DNA from: an uncultured virus (IMG/VR IMGVR_UViG_3300025138_000017)
Lineage: Duplodnaviria > Heunggongvirae > Uroviricota > Caudoviricetes
Strand: one strand, 5' to 3'
IMG/VR virus record: IMGVR_UViG_3300025138_000017
Length of the DNA stretch: 64,000 nt
The translations under genes were made by a program, and so were the position numbers. The notes below the pieces were generated by a model, which made no database searches, was not told where the DNA came from, and worked only from the letters and a program-made list of their open reading frames with translations. Shown here piece after piece: positions 28,754 to 37,485 of this stretch; positions within the stretch are counted from its first letter, which is position 1; each line of letters starts with the position of its first letter.

Positions 28754-29164
28754 TTATAACGATTTTGAATAACGATACCATTCGGGTTTCATATCGATTC
28801 TTTCTTGTATTCTTTGACGAACAATTAACAGATCTTGCTCTGTTGGAGACCAATCTAGGTATAGATCATCTGGCCATTGTTCTCTTTTAAAGACTCTACT
28901 TGGATCTGGATTCATACCTCTACTTTTCATTTCATTTACAAGCTCGTTGTATCTATTGTGTAAGTACTTTCCCTTATTATAAAAAAACTTAACATGACCA
29001 CCATTAAGAGTGAACACTTTAGGCCAGGTCTTTTTATTCTTTTCCCAGTTAGGAGATTTGAGTGATCGTTGAAGTGACGAGCCCACCATAAAGATTTCTC
29101 TATACTCGGCTACCAAATGTTGATCGGCTAACTCAGCAGTTGATACTAAGTTAATTCTTGTCAT
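28754..29164 (-). CDS. denV: Pyrimidine-dimer DNA glycosylase / endonuclease V
   Basis: MTRINL, LADQHLVAEYRE, GHVKFFYNK, KPEWY. Confidence 0.95.
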   Translation of the reverse strand: MTRINLVSTAELADQHLVAEYREIFMVGSSLQRSLKSPNWEKNKKTWPKVFTLNGGHVKFFYNKGKYLHNRYNELVNEMKSRGMNPDPSRVFKREQWPDDLYLDWSPTEQDLLIVRQRIQERIDMKPEWYRYSKSL

Positions 29165-29433
29165 CGGTTATGCGATCCATACTTTTGAACTAGTTGTTCG
29201 CCTTCAAGCTGTTCACCAAATATATGAATGAGCTCTCCTTGTTGGTATCTTTTAACAATTCCAGAATTGTATTCATAGTCTGTAACCTGTTTTCCGTCAG
29301 CCGTATCTTGTGGACGATCGTCATAATGCATTGAAGATAAACCATGGGCATGTATGCAAGCAATGCCTTTAGCCCATTCTTCTGCTTTTAATAAATCTCT
29401 TTGGTATTGTACCACATTATCATATTCGCTCAT
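29161..29433 (-). CDS. Hypothetical protein
   Basis: Coupled ORF. Confidence 0.55.
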   Translation of the reverse strand: MSEYDNVVQYQRDLLKAEEWAKGIACIHAHGLSSMHYDDRPQDTADGKQVTDYEYNSGIVKRYQQGELIHIFGEQLEGEQLVQKYGSHNR

Positions 29434-30050
29434 TTCCACCCCACTCCTGAAAACATCATTCTACAAAGAACTAATTCACCTGATATTACTGCTCTGTGTC
29501 CCCATTCTAAAATACTAGGGAATATAATTAAAGTTCCCTGTTCATTAATCCATTGTGGCTGTACGTTGCCTGCAGGCTTTACAAGATTACCATAATTATC
29601 ATATCTTGCTGGATCAGGCCATACAGAAAATCCTATTTCTCCACCTTGTACCTCGTCTCTATTACTACATATTAAAATTGCTGTCCACTTTGCTGCAGTC
29701 TTATCCATATTGCCCCAATGAATAGCGTAATCGGCTCTGAGTTGTCTTTTATCTAATTCGCCTTCTTTTTTTATTGAAATAGTTGGATTATCCCAGTCGC
29801 AATCAAACTCCCAATTGCTATTGTTCCATTCTTGTACTTGTTGTGTTATTAAATTTAATGTTTCGGCATTGTTGTTTTTGATTTCTGTTATCTCATCAAC
29901 AGTTGCAAAATCTTTTATTGCTTGTATGGCTATATTAGTATGAGTAGTCTCATGGTTTCTATGACCTGGGGCTATGTTCTCTCTAAATTCAGCTTCATCT
30001 AATCTATTTTTTCCTTCTGAATTTACAACAGGCGGTTCTTTGTATTCCAT
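29430..30050 (-). CDS. Divergent 2OG-Fe(II) oxygenase-like protein
   Basis: QGGEI, QGTLIIFPS...H..V.SG; canonical HxD not evident. Confidence 0.5.
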   Translation of the reverse strand: MEYKEPPVVNSEGKNRLDEAEFRENIAPGHRNHETTHTNIAIQAIKDFATVDEITEIKNNNAETLNLITQQVQEWNNSNWEFDCDWDNPTISIKKEGELDKRQLRADYAIHWGNMDKTAAKWTAILICSNRDEVQGGEIGFSVWPDPARYDNYGNLVKPAGNVQPQWINEQGTLIIFPSILEWGHRAVISGELVLCRMMFSGVGWK

Positions 30051-30058
30051 AATATAGT

Positions 30059-30292
30059 TTACCTAAAATTAGTTTGTCGTCTTCTCATCTCAGCTTTCTG
30101 AGTCTTAAACTTATCATTGCGCTTGGTGCGCTTAAGCTCCATAGCCTTTTGATGTTTCTTTTGGTTTGGTTTTTCGTAGTGTTGTAGTTCACGGACACGC
30201 TTAACTATGCCAGCGCGCTCGCATTGATTGCGAAAGCGCCGTAGCATTTTATCAAAATGTTCGTCTTTATACTTCTGAGTCACTTGTGGCAT
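30059..30292 (-). CDS. rpsU: Ribosomal protein bS21
   Basis: FDKMLRRFRNQCERAGI...RELQHYEKP. Confidence 0.9.
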   Translation of the reverse strand: MPQVTQKYKDEHFDKMLRRFRNQCERAGIVKRVRELQHYEKPNQKKHQKAMELKRTKRNDKFKTQKAEMRRRQTNFR

Positions 30293-30298
30293 TATATA

Positions 30299-30327
30299 AT
30301 TATACTATAGTTAGGTTATAAAGTCAA
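30299..30327 (-). promoter_or_regulatory. sigma70-type promoter giving a probably leaderless bS21 mRNA
   Basis: TTGACT-N17-TATAAT-N6-ATG. Confidence 0.8.
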
Positions 30328-30329
30328 CA

Positions 30330-31355
30330 TCAGCCAGCTTCACCCAAGACGCCCATTAGTTCGTCAAACGCATTCTGTCCAATGTCTTTTCTAGTTTTGT
30401 TATACTCTATTCCTGTATAGTTTCTTTTCATAATAGCACATGCTGCACCAGTCGATCCAAATGTAGCAAAAGGATCCAATACATGGTCCCCTTCGTTAGT
30501 ATGAGTCGCTAATATAAATGCACTTAACATTACATGCTTATGGTTACCACCACTAAGCACTCTACAACCTTTAAATTCGTTGTTGCTAAAAGCATTAACT
30601 GCTGCATCGTTAAAGTACCAATCGTTCATAAAGCTAATTCTTTTTGGTATGTGATACCAGTCAGCTGGATCTGAGCTAAACTGTACTACATAACCATCAG
30701 TAAAGCCCCCGCCAGCGCCCAATACACTGACAATAGGCAGACCTGAATTAGATGTGTCTGTTTCGTAACTAATTTCATTTTTTGATAACCATTTTTGTAA
30801 TTCCTTAGCCTCAAGTCTACCTTTGTGAATAGGTTCTCTGAATGCAGATACTTCTACATCGTTCATGCTTGATGGCATAGGGAAGTTTTTGAATGCACCT
30901 CTGTGATGAGTAATGTTAGGCCAAGCTGCTCTGTTAATTGTATAGTCAGAACCAACCTTGCGATATGTTCTAACAAATGTCCAGTCGTCCCGTCTGCCCC
31001 AATAGTGTTTATTGTTTACAGTATTACGTGCATAAGGTCTGAACATAGCCCATGTACTATCAGGTACAAGTTCCCAAGCTGATTGCGATGCAACCCACTC
31101 GTCCCATTTCTCTTGTGCAATACCAGTTCCGCTAACAGTAATAGTACCGTTGTCGTTCTCGATACATCTCTCAGCTAGTACTGCAACTGCAGATACGCAG
31201 TCTCTTATTTTTCCATGTCCTGGTGATCCAGGCCATCTGTTTTCGAATGATGGTAAGTCAGCAATGATTCTATCAAATTTGAATCCTTCCTTAACCATCT
31301 TAGTGTGGTGATTTAAAATATCACCAGAATATGTTTGGCCAAATGTTTGTGCCAT
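30330..31355 (-). CDS. Divergent beta-class N4/N6 DNA methyltransferase-like protein
   Basis: IIADLPS in the DPPY position; VLDPFATFGSTG...RNYTGIE SAM-binding segment. Confidence 0.6.
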   Translation of the reverse strand: MAQTFGQTYSGDILNHHTKMVKEGFKFDRIIADLPSFENRWPGSPGHGKIRDCVSAVAVLAERCIENDNGTITVSGTGIAQEKWDEWVASQSAWELVPDSTWAMFRPYARNTVNNKHYWGRRDDWTFVRTYRKVGSDYTINRAAWPNITHHRGAFKNFPMPSSMNDVEVSAFREPIHKGRLEAKELQKWLSKNEISYETDTSNSGLPIVSVLGAGGGFTDGYVVQFSSDPADWYHIPKRISFMNDWYFNDAAVNAFSNNEFKGCRVLSGGNHKHVMLSAFILATHTNEGDHVLDPFATFGSTGAACAIMKRNYTGIEYNKTRKDIGQNAFDELMGVLGEAG

Positions 31356-31389
31356 GATGCTCTCCTAAAATAAAGTCTCTTTTATGAGG

Positions 31390-31686
31390 TTAAATAAATG
31401 TTTGAACTAAGTTCCTAATTAAAAAAAGTAGTCCAATACTATTTAGTAATATTAAAGCTCTGTCTTTCCATAATAATGAAACAACTACCCATCCTGAAAT
31501 ACCAACAGTAGATAGTATGAGGTCAAGGTTCTGATAACCTTCAACGCCTCTTATAGACATAGCACCTAATACAAATACGCTTGCTATCCATTTGATATAC
31601 CAGTCGAGAGTATACTTAGGAGTAGCACTTTTAAATATTCTTTTGCTATTCTCTATCTCTTCTGTGGTAAATTTAGGGTCGCTCAT
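31390..31686 (-). CDS. Small multi-TM membrane protein
   Basis: LDWYIKW...WKDRALILLN; three hydrophobic helices. Confidence 0.6.
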   Translation of the reverse strand: MSDPKFTTEEIENSKRIFKSATPKYTLDWYIKWIASVFVLGAMSIRGVEGYQNLDLILSTVGISGWVVVSLLWKDRALILLNSIGLLFLIRNLVQTFI

Positions 31687-31824
31687 GATTGTAGATACCA
31701 TATTGCAGCTGCTGCAATGGTTGGAGGTATTGTACAAAAGCATGCCGGCAATATAACTGCATAGTAAATTGGATTACGTAACATTATTGTATTAACGTCT
31801 TCTTCTTGATCGAAGATTCCTTGC

Positions 31825-33387
31825 TTAACTTGTGATTTTTTCTCTATCATTCAACTCATACATTCCAAATACATAGTTCTCAGCAGCATCTTCTGCATAG
31901 CTTTCACTATGATCTTTTATAATTCTAGTTCCTACCATGATGCCATCGTGGCTCATTTGTAGTTCAAAGTGATCTTGTTCCTTGTAAACGTCGACCGATC
32001 TCTCAACGCCCTCGTAACTGTTTGTAAAATTGTGTAATAACATTATTCCTCTTCAAGTGTAACTTCTATTGCCTTAGTGTTTTTCTTACCAGCAACAGGT
32101 AATCCGTTATCGTATAGCTGATCAAACATGCCAGCTGCGCCTAGTTTGACTCCATGAGTCCGCCCTACAAACCATCCATGAAGGAAAGCTGCGGGTGCAA
32201 TTATTAGTAACCACTCCATTCTTTGCTCCTCTTTCTGTCTTTCTTTATTTTATTTAGCCATTGTCCTGTTATAATCCATACAAATCCTCTCCATAACCAC
32301 TTATAAGCACGCCATGGTAGTATAATTGCTAGGAAAAACGGTATGTAAAACGGATACCACAGTAAACATTTAGCAAAAAAGTAGATAGGATGGTTGCGAA
32401 TCAGCCAAGATTGCGGATCTTCGATCATCAAAGCCATACTCCGGTGAATGTTGTAATGAATATTAACAAGTAAAGACCCCAAATTAGCTTCTCTAACCTA
32501 TCAAACGCCTTGTCTCTCTTGTTGAATGAGTGATCTAGCTTGGCAATCACTGAATCATACCTCTTATCGTTGTCAAAAAGGCGTTTATTATTAGAACTAA
32601 CAGCCTTGTCCTCGCCACCGCCGTTACCTAAAGGCCAAAACTTCATAATCCCCTCGCTATATACAGTATCATAGGCATATTATACCACCAAATAAACAAA
32701 AATTCAACAAGCAATACACTAAGAACGATAAAAAGCAACGCCAAGGCCGCCTTTACACTAAATTTCACTGCACTGGGAGCTATTTTTGCTATTAGATAGC
32801 ATATAGTTATGAATCCTACAAGTTCTAACACGCTAAACCCCGTGAGTCCAACACTCATAGCTAGTAGGACAATCAAAAGCCTCGCAAATGCACTGCCCTG
32901 GCTGTAAGTTATCGTCTTCTGGTGCAAATTCTTGAGGGGTTAGAGCACCGTACTGCTTAAGATTGCTTATATCCTGTGCAGTTAGCTGCGTGTGATTAAG
33001 ATTATCAGTATTGTTACTCATTAGTACAACCTATTCTCTATAATATACTTCAATTGTACGCATAACTCTTCTGTACGTATCAGTGCTTCATTGATATCAC
33101 TAATAATAACATTTTGAGCTTGTACAGTGATCGTTAATTCCTCTAATCTATTCTGTATATCTACAGTATTGTTACGTATTTGGTTATCCATGCTAGACAT
33201 AACAGTCCTCCATACTATAAAAAGACTCAGTAACGAACATATCACATACATCTTCTGTACGCATTGATGTTAATTCATCTAAGTCTTGATCAAAGTTTGC
33301 AACCAACCAGTGGATTGCTTTAGATACATCATCATAGAACTCGTCCGCGAGGTCTTCCATTATAATGTCGTTAGTTAAACTACTCAT
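31825..33387 (-). CDS. Array of small early hypothetical proteins (several membrane-associated)
   Basis: Tightly packed 60-95 aa ORFs under the promoter at 33417-33445. Confidence 0.5.
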
Positions 33388-33416
33388 ATTGAACTCCTTT
33401 AATTAAATATAACCCT

Positions 33417-33445
33417 ATTATACAACCTAGTCGATTATAAGTCAA
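33417..33445 (-). promoter_or_regulatory. sigma70-type early promoter
   Basis: TTGACT-N17-TATAAT, followed by RBS AAGGAG. Confidence 0.85.
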
Positions 33446-33550
33446 CAGCCTTTATAGATCAAAAATTTTGTCCCCGTATTTTTTGAAACACACCGCATCG
33501 ACTTTTGATCCCGGAATTTGTGTGCGGCATGCTATATTCCAAACGCGTAT

Positions 33551-33580
33551 AAAAAAAGGGGAGGCGTATATTACCTCCCC
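33551..33580 (-). terminator. Intrinsic terminator
   Basis: GGGGAGG...CCTCCCC stem followed by T7 on the minus strand. Confidence 0.85.
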
Positions 33581-33596
33581 GACAGGGCCCTTGTTG

Positions 33597-34651
33597 CTAT
33601 ATGAAATGCTTCATCGATGGCTTAGTGTCAACTCCATCTAGTATGAAATCAGCCATAGCATTCTCTTCATCTCTGATATCATCATAGAAGTTGTTTCTAA
33701 TAGTACAGTACTCTACATCACTAGCATATAGTCTTAGTACTAGCTTAGCCATATTAGGTTCCTCGTCTATCAGGTTGTATACTAAGTCTTCTTTCATAGC
33801 ATCAAAAGGTCTATACGCTCCCGGTAGAGACCTATCATGGTTGATGAAGTTTATTAGTGTCTGTCTAGCATCATCGAATCTACTCATTACGAATTCGTTA
33901 TATTGTGTTGCTTTATTCATTACGCTACCTCCAGGTCTAGTTCACCAGTGAATGGAGCAGACTTTCTATCGCCTGGCTCCTCTAGTGTAGTACAGAACCT
34001 TTCTTCTATAGTGTAGTTGAATTGTATCTGTTTGAATCCAAAGCTGTCTACTATGTAAGCAGCTCCGTCTTGGTCTGGTGAGTTATCTACTATGATATCA
34101 CCTACTGATAGAGAATGCATATCTCTACACTCCCATTTACTACCATCTTTCCTAGTACCGCTCTTTTTACGGAATCCAGATACGTGACAATCAAACACAT
34201 CATCATGACCTGTATCTTCATCAGTGTAGTATCCATTAAGGATTCTAAACACCTCTTCTTTGTCATCGATATACCAATCATGACCTTCTTGAGTCATTCC
34301 ACCAAACCAGTCTACTGTACAGACCTGTCTGTATTTGTCGGACTTAGAAACGTCCCAATGTTTAGCTCCTACAAACATACAATCTCTATCATTCGATTGA
34401 AAAATCTTGTAATGTAGAATGTGTGGTTCTCTTTTGCTTTCTAATATAGTCATATTTACTCCTTAATAATTGAAAAATTGGTTATTAGTTGTTTCATATA
34501 GCTCGCCTTCTAAAGCAGCAGCTATATCATTTAAGATAAACTCTTCTAATGATTTGCAGCTCAAATCATTCTTATTTTTGAATTGAGTCACTTCATCTTG
34601 ACCAAGAACAACCTCTTTAGTCTTTCCATTTATTTCTAGTTTCAATATCAT
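33597..34651 (-). CDS. Three early hypothetical proteins (33597-33920, 33920-34453, 34463-34651)
   Basis: RBSs present; 33920-34453 has the HSLSVGDII...YIVDSFGF (YodL-like) motif; promoter TTGACT-N17-GATAAT at 34681-34709. Confidence 0.6.
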
Positions 34652-34738
34652 ATTAACTCCTTACTTTGTAATATATCCCCATTATCTACATCTCGTGATT
34701 TGAAGTCAACAAGCAACCCCAAATCAATCAAAATAAAT

Positions 34739-34993
34739 TTACTCCTCAACAACATAAATCTTAACACTATCTTCTTCACCAAAAGATATCTCACAAAAAC
34801 ATTCTTCAGTTATTCCACCAAATTCCATTTCCATAAATTCATTAACATAATCTCTATCACCATCAACTTCATTAACTAACATATCTTCTCTATTATAAAG
34901 ATATTCATCAACTAACTTATCCAATTGTTTAATACCACCAAAAGTAATATCAACTTCTCCTCTACTACCATACTTTACAAATTTAAAATTCAT
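34739..34993 (-). CDS. Acidic small protein, nearly cytosine-free gene (paralog 2)
   Basis: RBS GGAGG; GSRGEVD and SFGEE motifs shared with the upstream gene; 5 C in 255 nt. Confidence 0.75.
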   Translation of the reverse strand: MNFKFVKYGSRGEVDITFGGIKQLDKLVDEYLYNREDMLVNEVDGDRDYVNEFMEMEFGGITEECFCEISFGEEDSVKIYVVEE

Positions 34994-34994
34994 A

Positions 34995-35333
34995 TTATAC
35001 CTCCCCTTTTATAATAAAATAATTCTTAATACTTTCTTCACCAAAACTTACATCCATATATTCTTTTACATCATCCCTTATTTCTTCAAACTCATCTTTC
35101 TCTAAATTATTAAACTCAATCATCTCTTCAACAAAATCAACTTTCTCAAAATCAACTTCACCTCTACTTCCAAAATGTAAACAATACACTCCATCTTCTA
35201 CAACAACTTCATTAACAATTTTCATATCATATTCAAAACAATCATCTTTACTATCAACCATTACATCACTCAAATACAATTCATCATTACTTCTAACAAA
35301 TTCTACAAACCCTTTTTTATCAAATATATTCAT
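34995..35333 (-). CDS. Acidic small protein, nearly cytosine-free gene (paralog 1)
   Basis: RBS TAAGGA; GSRGEVD and SFGEE motifs; 1 C in 339 nt. Confidence 0.75.
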   Translation of the reverse strand: MNIFDKKGFVEFVRSNDELYLSDVMVDSKDDCFEYDMKIVNEVVVEDGVYCLHFGSRGEVDFEKVDFVEEMIEFNNLEKDEFEEIRDDVKEYMDVSFGEESIKNYFIIKGEV

Positions 35334-35381
35334 ATTACATTTCCTTACTAAATGTTAAAAACTATTTCTTAACATACAACA

Positions 35382-35410
35382 ATTATCTCATTTTGTGTAT
35401 TTGAAATCAA
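35382..35410 (-). promoter_or_regulatory. sigma70-type promoter of the C-poor operon
   Basis: TTGATT-N17-GATAAT. Confidence 0.7.
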
Positions 35411-35448
35411 CAATTTAGCAGGTTTAATTGTTTTATTTGTAATAGCTG

Positions 35449-35477
35449 TTGACTTCAAATAACGAATCAAGGATGCT
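35449..35477 (+). promoter_or_regulatory. Divergent sigma70-type promoter
   Basis: TTGACT-N17-GATGCT, then RBS AAGGAGG and ATG at 35508. Confidence 0.6.
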
Positions 35478-35507
35478 CGTGTCTGTAGTCAAGTAAGGAG
35501 GACACAA

Positions 35508-35689
35508 ATGGAAATAATTTTTTATATTGGTATGATCGGATTCGGTCTTTATTGTTTAGTGACTGAGGACATCGAAGATGTCAGATCTGACTATCCATGG
35601 ATGGGAGAGTAGTTATGTATGAACTTCATATGGTAGCGATGTATCTTGGTGTAGCTATACTGCTACTAGCGTTAATGGTGAGCAGATGA
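35508..35689 (+). CDS. Two tiny membrane peptides (35508-35612, 34 aa; 35615-35689, 24 aa)
   Basis: Strong RBS, hydrophobic, coupled; below the ORF-track cut-off. Confidence 0.5.
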
Positions 35690-35835
35690 GTATGATTCAT
35701 GATGACAATATTGAGTGTCCAGAGTGTCTGGGCAATGGTTATGATCTTGATGGTCCTATGGAGGACGACGAGATGGAAGACTGTTCTGTGTGTTGCGGGA
35801 CAGGAACGACAACAGGAGAAGACTGGTATGCATAA
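35686..35835 (+). CDS. 49-aa DnaJ-type zinc-finger mini-protein
   Basis: CPECLGNG and CSVCCGTG (CxxCxGxG x2); ATGA coupling. Confidence 0.65.
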   Translation: MSMIHDDNIECPECLGNGYDLDGPMEDDEMEDCSVCCGTGTTTGEDWYA

Positions 35836-36163
35836 AAACGTTACTATACACAATCAATACGGATCATCGCATGGATCGCAGGATCTACGTCGAGTGAGTA
35901 CTATCGAGCAAACCGGGATCAATAGGGAGCTGAACCAGGACGAGCTTGTTGCAAGCAAGAGGACCCAGGACCGGTACATAGGTCTGATCGAGAGAGAACA
36001 CGGTGTGACGTACGACGACCTAGCTCAATACCTTACGGAGCTACGTGATGGCGGTACCACTAATATGTTCGGAGCTGTACCTTTCCTGGTACGCGAGTAC
36101 GGACTTCCTAAGAGGGACGCTCAGTACGTCCTGCACTATTGGTTCGAGAACTTTAACAGGTAG
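35828..36163 (+). CDS. Hypothetical protein with YL.ELR..G.TNMFGA motif
   Basis: Start reassigned to MHKNV; C-terminal motif common in phage early proteins. Confidence 0.65.
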   Translation: MHKNVTIHNQYGSSHGSQDLRRVSTIEQTGINRELNQDELVASKRTQDRYIGLIEREHGVTYDDLAQYLTELRDGGTTNMFGAVPFLVREYGLPKRDAQYVLHYWFENFNR

Positions 36164-36238
36164 ACCCTTACACGACCCCCGGGCTGACCCCCGACAGACC
36201 CTACCCGCATTCCCTGCGGGTTTTTTACGTCCGGACCC
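36163..36238. repeat. Five GACCC direct repeats, four of them spaced 11-12 bp
   Basis: Copies at 36163, 36174, 36186, 36197, 36234. Confidence 0.7.
36203..36226 (+). terminator. Intrinsic terminator of the plus-strand early operon
   Basis: ACCCGCA-TTCCC-TGCGGGT followed by a T-tract. Confidence 0.8.
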
Positions 36239-36262
36239 TCACGGAATTTTTGACGAGTGTTT

Positions 36263-36292
36263 ATTATACCATACTTGTTGATATAAAGTCAA
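36263..36292 (-). promoter_or_regulatory. sigma70-type promoter with no downstream minus-strand gene
   Basis: TTGACT-N18-TATAAT. Confidence 0.7.
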
Positions 36293-36315
36293 CAGTTTAT
36301 ATAAAATAGCTGTGA

Positions 36316-36421
36316 GGACATCCAAATGGACATCCAAGTTGTAGTGAGAGAGGACATCCAATAGGACATCCGGAACGAAGAAGAGGAGGACATCCTGGCT
36401 CGAAAAGCCTGTTGGACATCC
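36316..36421. repeat. Six exact GGACATCC repeats
   Basis: Starts at 36316, 36328, 36352, 36364, 36388, 36414 (spacing 12, 24, 12, 24, 26). Confidence 0.9.
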
Positions 36422-36488
36422 TCCTCTGGTGTCGACCTATTGAAGTAAGGAGTTCAGATAGGGCCGACGATTACTCTGCTGAGTAAAC

Positions 36489-36746
36489 TTAAGCTGCTGC
36501 TAGTGCTTTGTAGCCAGCTGCAACTACTGCTCTTGTAGGAGTTCCTACTCTGTAGAAAGTTTTAGTTCTTCCATTAGAGTCAGTTCTCTTGTTAGCATAT
36601 ACTGCAATCCCAGTTTTAGTTCTCATCTCTGAGATCCTAGCTTGAATAGATCCTACAGTAGTACCGTAGAAGTTTGCAAGCTGAGCTGCTGTACGTTCGT
36701 TACCTTCAACTGCTAGTGAGTTGAATACCTTTTCAAATATAGACAT
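36489..36746 (-). CDS. Small winged-HTH-like DNA-binding protein
   Basis: TAAQLANFYG...SIQARISEMR helix pair plus beta-wing; strong RBS; promoter TTGACC-N17-TATAAT at 36860-36888. Confidence 0.65.
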   Translation of the reverse strand: MSIFEKVFNSLAVEGNERTAAQLANFYGTTVGSIQARISEMRTKTGIAVYANKRTDSNGRTKTFYRVGTPTRAVVAAGYKALAAA

Positions 36747-37485
36747 AATGTCTCCTTTTCATTTATTAAAAAAGATGGAGAGGGACTGGTTATAATACGC
36801 ATGTCGTAAAATAAATTGTGGACTGGGTAATGATGCCAGCCCTCTCTATCATAGCCCCCATTATACTAGCATAGACATTAAAGGTCAACAGCTAATTCAC
36901 TATTTCACGGACTTTTTTGCCTGCACCCCCCTGTTGAAATTTTTTTCAAATGACGTATAAGAGACACCACAGAGACCTATTTTTTCCGATGTTTTTTATT
37001 GTATGGTGGTTTATGCAATGTTTACGAAGTAAACGTGTCAAACGCCGTCAGAATCCCTCAGAACACACGAATTTACACGTGTTTGAGAGCTATTTTACAC
37101 GATTCAGAGAGAATGCGAGAAATAAACCTATCGTTTTCTGTTAATAGCTGCTCTAGTGAGTCTAGCTGTGTTAAGTGGCTATCCTTCTCTATCTTACTGC
37201 GCAAACTACTCGTTATTCGCTTGTTTAGCTACGTTTCTGAGATCTCTCTTGTTCTTCCTTATGTTATAGTTACGGTCAGCATCTCTTACTATTAAGAATG
37301 CTCCGTAGCCTAGTACAGACATAAAGAGGATTATGAGACCCTGGCCTACTATATTGGCTGTTAGCATAATCGTTCTCCTTTGTTTGAGCTCGTGGATGGA
37401 TCCAGTGAACTCGGATCATATCGATAATGCGTATGCATTATTGATTGTTTGTGTGATACTGTCATAGTCGGCGATGCTTCTAAGG

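Noticed and set aside
34739..35333. C-free region as a DGR variable region or low-complexity artefact
   Set aside because: DGRs mutate adenines and need an RT and template repeat, and none is seen. The ORFs have RBSs, a promoter and shared protein motifs.
35699..35827. N-terminal extension of ORF 35699..36163
   Set aside because: Overlaps a better zinc-finger ORF in another frame; the coupled start at 35828 is more plausible.
36316..36421. GGACATCC repeats as a mini-CRISPR array
   Set aside because: Repeats are 8 nt with 4-18 nt gaps, far from CRISPR repeat and spacer sizes, and there are no cas genes. The exonuclease at 11793 is a standard phage enzyme.
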